Assembly: GCF_036321535.1 (NCBI RefSeq) | Contig: NC_087437.1 | Coordinates: forward strand, 66,404,001-66,468,000 | DNA from: Camelus dromedarius | Lineage: Eukaryota | Reading direction: 5' to 3' | Length of the DNA stretch: 64,000 nucleotides | Shown here: positions 39,046 through 50,182 of the stretch, piece after piece | Layout: every line of letters starts with the position of its first letter | Position numbering within the stretch: position 1 is the stretch's first letter | The notes under the pieces: model-generated | Databases searched by the model: none | Seen by the model: only the letters and a program-made list of their open reading frames with translations | Told to the model about the DNA's origin: nothing | Program-made: the position numbers and the translations under genes

Positions 39046-40702
39046 ATTTCAGTACCCAACCTTCTTTTCTTCACCCTACCTATTTTGCCACTGCAAAAAT
39101 GTAGTCACATCAGCACTTCGTTCCTCCGGTTAGAGAAACATGGATCTTTGTTATTAAAGTCAAGATAGGAACACTAGTTCCAGTTCTTTCAGATGGTCCT
39201 ACTCCATTGTATAGCCCCAAGAGGTGCAGCTTCCATCTTGGAAACCTTTGGATTTGATGTAGAGGAAGATTTGCAGACACTGCTTTGAAGGAAAAACATC
39301 CCTGAAAGGGACAAATTTTAAAACATGTATACGCTGCTGTCTGATTACTGTATTCCTGGTTTGGTGTAGCTGTATTTTCTTTTAACTTTCATCCCACTAG
39401 TAATGGTCTTTGGGAGTATCTGTGAATTATATGGACACCACAAACAGTGGGGCTGTACCTCCCAGGTAGCCAACACATGTTGTGTTTGAGTCTGCTCATT
39501 TCCAATACTGGATAATGTATGTAAACCTGTTATGTCACTTAGTGCAAAAAGAAACAATTTTTTAGGGCTGGCACACTTTGTCAGGCCTAATCTAAAGGAT
39601 AGATATAAAGTCATGTGACTGCTGCTTCAATAAAAATGAATTTATATTGGATAAAGCCTGGTTCTCTGCTTATTTACGTATTGTGGTGGTGGGATTGGCT
39701 AATATTTGTAAAAGTGAAATAGGTTTACCAGTTGGGAGTGGGGGTGGGGAGAGTGGGAATCAGCACAAATATGCAAGATGCCACTTGTGGGCTGGGCCTC
39801 CTGGTGGCATTGAAGTGCATTTGTTTGGGATTTACTACTATCTTATTTCCTGCCCTATTTGAATAGGGATTGAGCAAGATACCCTTTGAACTTAAAAAAT
39901 CCTGAAAGATTGCATTTTTAATTTTTAACAACTTCCAAAAAAGTAGTAACCAAACCAGTCCTTCGGGATCACATCTCAGGAGAGCAGTGATGCTGGATGC
40001 CAGTTTAGAAGGTGTTCTAGACGGGTAGTTAGGAAGGGGAGAGCTCAGGTTGCAGATACCCTTCATGGGGAAGTCTGTGGAAGGAAGTGAATGAAAGCGA
40101 TGGGGTGATGCCCCTCTCAGGTGTGGGAATATTTCACCCACCCATTAGTACCTTCGGGGTTAGAAGAGCTCTGGTTATGTTTGGGACAGGACTGAAGCTG
40201 TTGTGGAAGATTCATGATGAGGCCCACAGGTTGTCAGAAGCTGGGAAGGGATGATTCATTAAATATGTTTCTCTTTACATCCTCTTTTCTCCAGAAAGGA
40301 GTGGCCACCCTGGGCCTTCCCACAAGAGTTGTTGATGTCATGGATTTAACTGGATCTTGAAAGTCTGGGCCAGGTAGAGATGGGAGGCAGAGTGGCTCTG
40401 ACTAACAGGGAGCCAGAAGGTAAGCAGTAAGTTACTTAGAAGGGCTTTTCTCCTGAGCTTTGGAGACTGACTCCATCCTCACCTGACTGAGGCAAGACCT
40501 AGAAAAAGAATAGGGGCCTCAGGGATGCCTAGAAACTGATGCTTTGTTCTACTGCTCACGAGTTCAGGGAAGGGAGTAACAGGGAAATTCAAATATTTGA
40601 GAGTAGGAAAGTTGAATCTGGCCTCTAGCCCTGTAAACTCGAGATCCACAAAGCTGCTGAAAGGAAGTATCTGTGTAAGCTCTTTGGTGCATCTAACCTT
40701 GA

Positions 40703-40762
40703 ATTTTAACTGCACTTGGACTACACTTAGTTATTTTAACTGCACTTGGACTACACTTAGTT
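40703..40762. repeat. Perfect 30-bp tandem duplication
   Basis: attttaactgcacttggactacacttagtt x2. Confidence 0.95.
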
Positions 40763-41709
40763 TTTATAATATATATAAGTCATATGTACATATCAATTCA
40801 ATGCCTGGGAAAATCCCCTGGGAGATGGGAGTTCATATCCCATCTTAATCTCACCTTGCCCTCACTTTAGTCTACATTTAACAACCATTTCAGGCTCTCG
40901 AATCAATAGCATACTCAAAATTATTTAAATGGGAAAGAGGAGATGTTTATGATTTATGAATACAGTTGAATGAAATTTTTATTTCCAAATGAGTATAATT
41001 AGACACAGTTCCTGGGGAATTGTATTCATTGTGTTTGGAAAGAGGCGCTCTTTTCCCCTCAGTTTCTTTTCTAAAAATGATACAGAAGAGACTGGTAAAC
41101 CTGGAGGGATGGCAAGGAATATGTTTGCTTGCTTTGATTTATAGTGTCTACAGTTTACATTCTCCAAGTTTGGCCTTCTTGTAAAATGGTAAAAGCTAAG
41201 TATCTGTTTCTTAAAATTCAGTTAACTTGTAGCTTCTTTGGATCAAAATATTAGACATTTAAAATTAATTACTACATTTTAAATCATATTTACTTTAAAT
41301 TTTTATAGAATAATCATTTTATGAGCAAATCAAGCTAAATAATGAATTTTATGTTCTCACACCAACAGTCCTCAAGTATGTAAAGGACAATAAGTATTAA
41401 AAAATAGGAATATATACATTTATAATTTCTATTTCCCCACCCCCACATATCTTTTCTCCCCAGAACGAAAGGCCAAAAACGGTTTAAATCTCTAGCCAGA
41501 AGTTAATTATTGAAGTCCTCTTGCCTTGATTTGACATTAACCACAGGAACATTTGCTAAGCTTGGTTCTTAGGTATGCGATGCCCTATGTAAAGTTGGTT
41601 AAAATTGAACTTGCTGAAAGTGCAAAAACACTTTTACTCAAAATGGCTACACACAGAGCAGACCCTTTCATACTCTAGCTTTGAAGACAGATGTGTAAAC
41701 AGGAACATG

Positions 41710-41715
41710 TTTATT
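41710..41715 (-). terminator. NR1I2: Probable NR1I2 polyA signal (AATAAA on - strand)
   Basis: TTTATT on +, about 1 kb downstream of the stop. It is the first canonical hexamer I found after the stop. Confidence 0.5.
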
Positions 41716-41979
41716 AACTGCCATCAGCATAGCCTTGTCACAGAGCCCCCAGTGTTCCAGCCTCAGGAGCAACCCAGCCCCAGTTCAGGCGTGGAGCAGA
41801 CTTGCACCACATCACCCACATGTCCACACAGCAGCTAGTGCCCTTCCTCCCACGAACCACATTCTAGGGATCCCTCACTTGGCTCTCCGGGTGCCTGCAG
41901 AAGCCCAGCACAGCTCAGCATCCACAGAAAGACATTTCTTGTGTCTTTTTATGTCACTTACCACTTTTCCTTGTGATTG

Positions 41980-42100
41980 ATCAAAGTTATTCATGTTTCT
42001 GCTTTGTTTACTGAACTATAAATGCTTCGAGGTCAAGATCCATATCTTCCCCACAGCAGGTTGCATGTTACTGGTGCTTAATGATGTGTTTCAACGAATG
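41980..42100 (+). mobile_element. L2 3' end fragment within the predicted NR1I2 3' UTR (antisense to it)
   Basis: actataaatgcttcgaggtcaaga...ggtgcttaatgatgtgtttcaacgaatg resembles the L2 terminus. Confidence 0.5.
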
Positions 42101-42717
42101 CAGAGACACAGAATGAGGGGCCCAGAAGGAGATAATAGACATAGAGAGGTCATGACAGGCTCATGACATTTGGTGCATTTGACCTTCTGGCCTCTCTCTA
42201 GAATTCTCCCAGAGACACTAATGTACCTACTGGTGGACATGGGCCTGGAACTCATGGAGCAGCTCAGCTCAGGACAGGAGGCTTCAGATTGGGAATAGGT
42301 GGCAAGCAGGAGACAGGGTATGAGACGTAGCAGTGTAAATACCCACTAAGCTAATAAACTGGGCGTGGGCACAGACCCTCAGATGGCCCAGCCACAGGTG
42401 CCCTTTCCCCTCTCCCACCATGACACTAAATCCCTAGATCCAGCGCCTTTTCTAAAGGGACTGTGGTCTTGCCTCTCGATGGGCTGACCTATGGGCCAGT
42501 GTACTCTCCATGTCAGGGTCTAGGGCTTGGCTCTCCACAGACTGAGCTCAGGGCTGGGGGATCCCATGTCCCCTTCCTGAGGAATGCTAACCAGTCATCA
42601 TCCCAGCTGTCATCGTGAGTTCCCTGGGGAGGCAGGACACACAGGGCACTGTCAGCAGCATCCGTCTGTCTAGCCCCGGGAGTGGAGGCTCCGAGCGCCC
42701 TGGCCTGGGGCAGCCAC

Positions 42718-42862
42718 TCAGCCTTCCACGATGCCGAACAACTCCTGCATGAGTGGGGTGGCAAAGGGGTGAATGTCCTGGATGCGCAGCAGCCGCTTGG
42801 TGTGCTGGGCATTGATGCTGCGGAGCTCGGTGAGCATCGCCATGATCTTCAGGAACAGGAAC
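42718..42862 (-). CDS. NR1I2: NR1I2 exon 9 coding part with AF-2, FLFLKIMAMLTELRSINAQHTKRLLRIQDIHPFATPLMQELFGIVEG*
   Basis: ctgcag|GTTCCTG...GGCTGA; 145 nt. The eight exons sum to 1305 nt = 434 aa plus stop, the same length as human PXR.1. Confidence 0.97.
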
Positions 42863-44537
42863 CTGCAGACCAGCCAGAGGAAAGGGTTGGGGAGCAGCCC
42901 GCCCTGCCCCCACCCACCAACGCTGAAATGGCCCAAGACTCAGGGTTTTTGTCTCAGGACCTCTCAGGTCAGCCAGGAGACAAGCTCGGCTGAACTCCTT
43001 AAGTTTCTCTCAGCCTGCTGACGAGAAGGGCAGAACAGCCTGGGGCTTTGAGGTGAGGACTCACTCACTCTCCCTACCCCCACCTCCTCCTCTGGGCTTG
43101 AGTCCCTGTGCACAGGGCCATCCATGGGAAAACCAGGCATTGCAGGCACCATGTGAATAAGTCAAGTTGTGGGGGGCATCACAGCTGCAGCTAATGGATG
43201 GGGGTCAGGACCAGGTGGAGTGGCTGTGGAGGAAGGGCTGCAGGCTGCAGTCTCTCCCTGGACCTAGCCTGGGATCTGGTGTCTGGGACAGACATCATGC
43301 CTCAGTTTCGCCATGACACCTCCTGGCTCCCTACGGGGGAGGACCCACATCCTAGGATGCCAAGTTCAAAAGCAAGCTGTAGCAGGCCAAGTAAGGCTTG
43401 AGGTTTTACATTCACACTAGCAGACCCAGCACTGGCCTTCCCCTGTCACAACCTGGGCCTGTGGGCACCAGGTCACAGGGACTGCTGAGGCCCAGTGAAG
43501 AGAAGGAAGGCTCTGTCTGACCAAGGCCTGAGCAGCCTTCCTCTTTGGGGTTGTAACCAGAACTAAGGAGCTTCCTACCCTGTTAGCTTGTGTCTGTCCT
43601 GGGAGAGGGTTAGGTAGTCAGTGTTCAAGAGTGTAGGCTGTGGACTTGGTCTGCAAGCATCTACCTCCAGATCTCACCTGTCCGGCTGTGGGACCTGAGG
43701 CAGTAGCCTTGAACTCCAGTCCCTTGCAGGATGATGGTGGCATCCGCTGCATGGGGCTGTTTTTAAGATTAAAGGTGATCCTGCATGTAAACTGCTTGGC
43801 ACCAGGACTGGCACATCTCAAAAAATAGCTGTTCTAGGTCTGTTTATTAGTGGCATCATTATTGTTATCACTGTTACCTTTATTGTCATCATACGTATTG
43901 CTGGCTGTTGCTAGAAGGCCCTGTAGGAGCCTCAGAAGAATAGCTGGCTGTCCCACCCCCTTGATGACAGGAGTGTGGAAGGCCCTCAGCAGACAGACCT
44001 TTTTTTTTTTTTTTTTGGTCTTAGAATGATAGACATTTAGATACTGGCACCAGGCTCACGCCTGACCAGTGCCACGCCAGGGGCAGGCAGAGCCGACAGA
44101 GAGGTAGGGAGCAGGCACTGCAGGGGCACCGGCCAGGGCTTGGGGTTGCTGCTGGCTGCGGGGTGAGGGTAGGGAAGGGGTAGCCATGGTGACTCCAGAC
44201 GTGACAGGTCCAGCGTGGTCACAGTCAGGGGCTCACGGAGCCGGGTGTGCCATGCAGCACCCCTCCCAGTGTCAGCATCATCAGGTGGTTGGTGTAGGGA
44301 GCCACATCCTGTCAGCTGACTGTGGTCCCCGCCCTCCTCAAACCTCTCCATTATTGGGCTGGAGCTCAGGCCCACTGGGCAGGAGGCCTCAGCAGACGTC
44401 ACTGAGCAGGGCCCCAAAGTCCTGGTAATCAGAGACTGCCCCTGGGGCGGCTCGGGTCTGCATCCCAGGGAGGCCCAGAACAGGTGGGGACTGGAGGCAG
44501 GGCCTTGCCCCTCACACCCTCCCCGCCTGCTGCTCAC

Positions 44538-44643
44538 CGGTAGGCGGGCTGGGGCCGGTGGCACTCGATGTAGGCCTTCAGGGTAATGGCGAACCGCTCC
44601 TGCATCTGGTCCACCACGCAGCGCTGTACCACACCCGGGCGGT
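44538..44643 (-). CDS. NR1I2: NR1I2 exon 8, DRPGVVQRCVVDQMQERFAITLKAYIECHRPQPAYR
   Basis: ccccatcag|ACCGCCCG...TACCG|gtgagc; 106 nt. Not shown in the correct frame in the ORF track. Confidence 0.96.
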
Positions 44644-45026
44644 CTGATGGGGAGGGGAAGGCAGTGTGGTGCCTGCAAGGCCGTGGGGGCCTGGGGGCCA
44701 AGTTTGGGCGATCCCAGAGGAGGCCTACTGCCTGCCCACAATCTTCCAGAGCCAGGGACTCCCAGGCAAGGAAGTGAGGGGAGAACTCAGAGGGCTCTGC
44801 ATCACCCCACTGCCCACTGACCCTGGGGGAAAACGGCTGAAGTCCCCATCCTGGCCATGCAGTAAGTAGAGGGTAAGGCCATCAGCTGGGACCTTCTCTG
44901 GGGAGGGCAGGGGAGGTGCTGCTGCCTCTTGCAGCTGAAGTAGAGGTTGGGGGGTGGGAGGGTAGTGGGGAGAGCAAGCCTGGGGAGGGGTCCAGGGAGA
45001 CCAGGTAGGGCAGATGGGGTTATCAC

Positions 45027-45143
45027 CTGGAGAGAAAAGAGAGATGGCCTGCATCAGCACATACTCCTCCTTATGCAGCTGCAGCTTCTTCAGCATGTAG
45101 TGGAATTTCAGCATGGGCTCCAGGAGAAGCTGCTGGAAGCCAC
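45027..45143 (-). CDS. NR1I2: NR1I2 exon 7, GFQQLLLEPMLKFHYMLKKLQLHKEEYVLMQAISLFSP
   Basis: cccacag|GTGGCTTC...TCTCCAG|gtgata; 117 nt. Confidence 0.97.
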
Positions 45144-45340
45144 CTGTGGGTGGGCGTAGGCTGGAGGGGTAAACTTCTCAGGAAGCTGCCCCAAGACCCA
45201 GACTTTCCTCACTAAGGTCTTTTTTCCCATCGCCCAATCTGCCCTGCAATCCCAGGACCTGTGTTCCCTGGCGTGGCTCCTTTCCTCCCTCAATGGCTAA
45301 TTCCCTCCCTCTGCCAGGGCAGCAGGCATCTCTTGGGCAC

Positions 45341-45483
45341 CTGCAGGGTCTTCCAAGCAGTAGGACAGCCGACCACACTCCCAGGTCCCAGTCTCTGCGT
45401 TGAACACTGTGTTGAATCTCAGCTGGCACAGCTCAAAGGTGGCCCCCTTCAGCAGGGAGATCTGGTCCTCAATGGTCAAGTCC
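45341..45483 (-). CDS. NR1I2: NR1I2 exon 6, DLTIEDQISLLKGATFELCQLRFNTVFNAETGTWECGRLSYCLEDPA
   Basis: gctgctag|GGACTTG...CCTGCAG|gtgccc; 143 nt. Confidence 0.97.
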
Positions 45484-47521
45484 CTAGCAGCAAGGATGGG
45501 CAGGGGATGCCGGCTTCCTGGGAAGCTGCCACAGGCCACAGGCACCCACTCCCATAATCCAGAAATCGGGGCAGGGGGAGAGAGAGGGGCAAAAACAAGA
45601 GGTAGAATGGGCTTCTACCCCTGAGGATTATGATTATTGCACTTGCTTTTGAATCACCTCTAATCTCTCCCACTCACAGTCCAGCCAAGCAGATTCCTCC
45701 TCCCTGCCATGCCCCTCTGGGCTCCTGCTACCTTCAGGGACTCTCCACTGCTCATAGAGCTTCGTGTCCAGGCCCCTCACAACCTTGCCCCATCTCCTCC
45801 AGCTCCCTGCACAGCCTCGACCCCCAGCCAGTGCCTCAGCTTCTGGTCCCCAGCCTCATACTTTCTGCCTTGGTTTCCCCCTTGAAATGATTACCCCTTT
45901 AGCTTCACTTATGTACATCCTGCTAGTCCTTCAGACCAAGCTGTTCTTGTGCCTCCTAGAGGTCTTTCCAGAGTGCAGTCCTTCTGCGTGCCAATCCTCC
46001 CATGTGAGTTCCATGCAGCGGGGCTCTTTACTTCGCACAGTCTGTTTGGGATTTGCTATTTCTACTGTTTCTCTCCAGGCAGCCTGGATGCCCTGAGCCC
46101 CACCCCCAGCCCTGAGCACAGGCCCAAACACAGTGGCTGCCTCTGGAATTCACAGATTGACACCCTCCCCACCTGAGGGAGTCCCCAACTCCCCACTGAA
46201 GGAGGCAGGTCTTTCCTGCTGGCTCTTGAGGAAGCTCTCTGCCTGGCTTTGGTCTCCTCGGGAGTTCAGTCCCTTCCTTTAGATCCACAACGATGAGCCA
46301 CAGATGCCGTGAAATTGACCTTTTCTTTCTATGTACCCCCAGTGCCCAGGCCCTGATGGGAGGCTGGGCTCTGAAGACTGTACTCTGCTTCCAAAGCTGG
46401 CCTCCCTGATTAACTGCAGCCCTATGCAAGCCTTCATTTAAGTGAGCCTCAGTTTTCTATCTGTCGAAGGAAGGTGAGAGTAACTCCTGCTCCTGAGGGG
46501 GCTGCGCTCAACACTGGGGGTCCCGAGAAATAGCAAGTGACTCCCCACCCTGGTGGTAGATCCTGGGTCATCAGATGTCAGGGGGATGGCCAAGGTCCAC
46601 GCGTATAAGGGGGACTCTATCCCTGCTCCCTTGACCTAATTTGCCCCAATCTGAACCCCATGGCAGCCTGTGGCCACTCTCGCCCCAGTAAATAAGTCCT
46701 GTGTGTCACCCTCAGGGCCACAAGGGAAATTGTGGGCTCCTGGAATAGATTCCACACTCTGCCTGTGGATGAAATCAGGACTCCTCATGTGTGACTCTGC
46801 TTCACCTGCCCGGGCCCGGCAAGGCCAGTGGCCGACCCCAGGGAAGACACGTCTGGGCCATCCCCAGTCCTGATAGGCTCTATGTTACAGGGCCATGGTT
46901 CCCACCAGACCAGTAGGTTCCAGGGTCTCACGCTCACCATGGCTGCCCCATGGTTGTTGCCTCCATGACTAGCTCTGGGGAGTGCTGGCCCTGTGGCTCT
47001 CAGGACCACCCATCCTCCTCGTGGCTCCTCAGCCTTCTCCCGGAGGCAGTCTGCCAGCGCCCCAGGTCTGTTCCCAGCCCTCTCCTCCTGCTTCCTCTGC
47101 ACTTCCTTCCCTTTCTTTCCAAATCCTTCTTTGCTCTGGAACTGCCCACTTGTGATTCCTGCCCTTTTGTGGGGAAATAGGGAGGGAAATTATGATCTGA
47201 ATGTCCACCATGTATGTGCTAAGTGCTCTTCAAGATGTTTTCTTATTTCACACCACAGCCCTGCAAGGTTGGCACTATTAGTCCTGGTCTAGCAGAGGAG
47301 GGAGGCTGAGACAGGTGAAACGGCAGGCTGCGGTCACAGAGCGGATGAGCCCTACACACAACAAGGGCCCCACTCCCCAGCAGCACCAGGTGCCCTGGGG
47401 GCAGAGGTAAAGGAGGGTCCTTTGGTACCAATGTCCCCCAAATTCAGAGAAATCTACCTCAGACCCTTTGAACCTGCTGGCCATTTCCTGCTCCTTTCGA
47501 CACCACCCACCTGGCCCCTAC

Positions 47522-47796
47522 CTGAAGTAGGAGATGACTTTGGCAAAGTTGATGATGCCTTTGAACATGTAGGTTGACATGTCCGCTATGTGGGGCAGCA
47601 TGGAAAAGATCTCTTTCCCGCTGTTGTTAGCTGGGGGCTTGTAGTTCCAGACGCTGCCGTCTTCCCCCCGCAGCTGCAGAGAGACCTTCACTCGGCCCAG
47701 ATTTTCCCTAATCTGGCTCCACTTGACAGCTTCTTCCCCCGATGGAGTCTGCAGAGAATTTGGAATCTCGCAGCCACTGCTAAGCACCTCTGGCAG
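47522..47796 (-). CDS. NR1I2: NR1I2 exon 5, LBD insert and helix 3 LPEVLSSGCE...FAKVISYFR
   Basis: ttccccag|CTGCCAGAG...TTCAG|gtaggg; 275 nt. Confidence 0.97.
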
Positions 47797-47920
47797 CTGG
47801 GGAATGAGCCAGGAGGTGGAGAAAAGAGACAGAGACAGCATGTATTCTCCCAAATGGGTTCCCATACAGGCACCCACAGCCACAGCTGTAGCCTGAGAGG
47901 ATGCACAATGGCAGATGGGT

Positions 47921-47954
47921 ACACACACACACACACACACATACACACACACAC
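47921..47954. repeat. (AC)10AT(AC)6 microsatellite in NR1I2 intron 4
   Basis: Read directly from the sequence. Confidence 0.95.
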
Positions 47955-48448
47955 GGACACAGCACTTGGTTCTTCTCTATGGGGTCTTCTCCTATTGAGT
48001 GGATCTATGAATTCATGGTCCCTCACATCCCTGCCTGGTCAGAGATGGGTGTGCTCCCTGCCCCTGTAGAAGGTGAGGGGGCCGCCACCCATGGATGTGT
48101 CCCAAGCATCCCTGATCTTGCGTCAGGAGACTCAGAGGAAAGGGTTTGGGAGCTAGATGGAAAGAACAGACTTTTGAGGCCATTGGTTATCCGTTCTCCT
48201 AGCTGGACCTGTCACCGAGATACCTCTGAGCGCAGGTGGAGGAAGGCACTGGGATCAGACACAGCTAATTTTCCTGAGATCACGAGCGTTTTTTGGATCA
48301 GTAAAACCAGTTCAAAAACATCATGCCCCCAACAGATCCTGACCCTATCCTCATAAAGCCCTGAGTGCCAGCAACCCGGGGCAACTCAGCTTTCCAAAAT
48401 TCCATTTACTTCTCAGACCCAGTTCCTACCTGCTGCGGAAGGAGAGAG

Positions 48449-48631
48449 CAGAGAGTCTCAGACCTGAGCGTGGGTCAGAATCACCTGAGGGGTCTTGTCA
48501 AAGCCCAGACTGCTGGGCCCCACCCTCAAAGTTTCAGATTCAGGAGGTCTGGGATGACCTGAGAATTTGCATGTCTAGCAAGTTCCCAGGTGATGCTGCT
48601 ACTTCGTCCAGAGGCCACTCTACAAGAACCC
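48449..48631. mobile_element. MER5A (hAT-Charlie MITE)
   Basis: tcagaatcacctgagggg...cagactgctgggccccaccc...ctgagaatttgcatgtctagcaagttcccaggtgatgctg. Confidence 0.85.
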
Positions 48632-48694
48632 CCAGGAAGGAGGTGGGCTTTTGAGGAGCTACAAAGGAGCTGAGCTGGCTCTGAACCCTCATAC

Positions 48695-48882
48695 CCGGAA
48701 ATTCTTGAATTGTGAGAAGTTGGTGTCAAAGGTTTTCATCTGAGCGTTCATCAGCTCCCTGATCATCATCCGCTGCTCTTCCGTCAGACCCTTGGCTCCT
48801 GGAGGCTGAGTTCTGATCTGTTCCCTCTTTTTCCTCCGGATCAATGCCCGCCTCTCCTCCACAGCCGCATCCGACATGATCA
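48695..48882 (-). CDS. NR1I2: NR1I2 exon 4, hinge/helix 1 IMSDAAVEERRALIRRKKREQ...FSQFKNFR
   Basis: ctgcag|TGATCATG...TTCCGG|gtatga; 188 nt. Confidence 0.97.
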
Positions 48883-49049
48883 CTGCAGGGACATCACGAG
48901 CAGTCTCAGGGTGTACTCAGGGGACACGAAACCTGCCCCTTTCCAGACTCCCAAGGACTTAGCGCCCTTCTGGAGAAACACTTGGGGAAGGACGGCTGTG
49001 CTGCCTGTGACGGTGGAGTTTGCAGCAACTTTGTGGAGCAGCGGGACTT

Positions 49050-49265
49050 GCTCAGGCTTCAGAATCTAAAGGCACTGAGCTTGAGTGCCGGCTTGGCAGC
49101 TTTCTAGCTGTGACCTTGACAGTTTCCTTAACCTTTCTTGCCTTCAGTTTCCTTCTTGGTAATCTGGAGTGACTGTGCTCACCTCACACTGCTGTTGCAA
49201 TGAGACACTTGCATGGAAAGTACCTAATACAGCTCTCAGTACATAACAGTTGTTCGATAAATACA
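49050..49265 (+). mobile_element. MIR SINE
   Basis: ctagctgtgaccttgacagtttccttaacctttcttgccttcagtttcc...acatAACAGttgttcgataaat. Confidence 0.7.
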
Positions 49266-50048
49266 GCTGATTACTCTTTTCTGGTGAATCAGATATCAAC
49301 AAGACTCCTCAGAGTCCTCCAAGATCTCTGGGTCTCCAAGACCCAGGAGAGTTGGGGCTTCTACTTAGCAAGAAATATCAAACTTGACCACTTCTTATGT
49401 AGCCTGGAGCCTTAGGGTCGTCCATGGATTTCTGGAGCCCACTTGTGTGTGCAGAGTGAAGCTGTAGGGGTCGGCGGGGAGGGGACAGCAGGGACAGCTG
49501 GTCTGTGGGAAAGGCTCTATCAGCATGCCCAGGGAACTTGGCCCCTGAAAAGCTGCCCAAGGTCTAGGGTCCCTCTGTGACTGGTGAAGAGAAATATGCA
49601 CTGGAAGCTCCCAGCCTTTTCCCAGGCTCTTTATCTCAGAGTGCTCAGGGAACACTATTATACAAAGCTGGACAGGTGGAATGAGAACCCCTCTGTCACT
49701 GTCACACAGTTCCTCTGGAAGACACCAGGTCTGGGTGGCAAGTGGGCATGCGCTGCTCTGGAAGGTGGGCGTCATAGTATACTACGTGTCTCCAGCTTCC
49801 CAGCCCCAATTCACTCTCCCAATTTGGCTAAAACAACCAAGAAGGGAACCAAACGAATCAAGCAAGGGCAAGTGAGGGGAGAGAGGGGCACGTGGCAGCT
49901 GCCGGCAGGCCACGAGCTGAGCCCTGCCGTGTGCACATGCGCGCTGCTGCTGCTGCTGCAGGCCTGCACGCGCGCTCGTACACAGCCGGCGGGGTTCCCT
50001 CCTTGGCCCCCTGCACACCGCCCACCCGGGCACGCATCCGCTGCTCAC

Positions 50049-50182
50049 TCTCCTTCCTCATGCCGCTCTCCAGGCACTTGCGCAGGCGACAGGCCTGGCA
50101 CTGCCTCCGGGTCTTCCGCGTGATCTCGCAGGTGCCCTTCCGGAAGAGGCACCGGGGCCGAGCGTTGCGTTTCATGGCCCTC
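50049..50182 (-). CDS. NR1I2: NR1I2 exon 3, second zinc finger RAMKRNARPRCLFRKGTCEITRKTRRQCQACRLRKCLESGMRKE
   Basis: tctcacag|GAGGGCC...GGAGA|gtgagc; 134 nt. Confidence 0.97.

Noticed and set aside
44037..44741. Longest ORF in the window (234 aa, - strand)
   Set aside because: It crosses NR1I2 exon 8 in the wrong frame and runs through GC-rich intron; Pro/Gly/Ala-rich with no domain.
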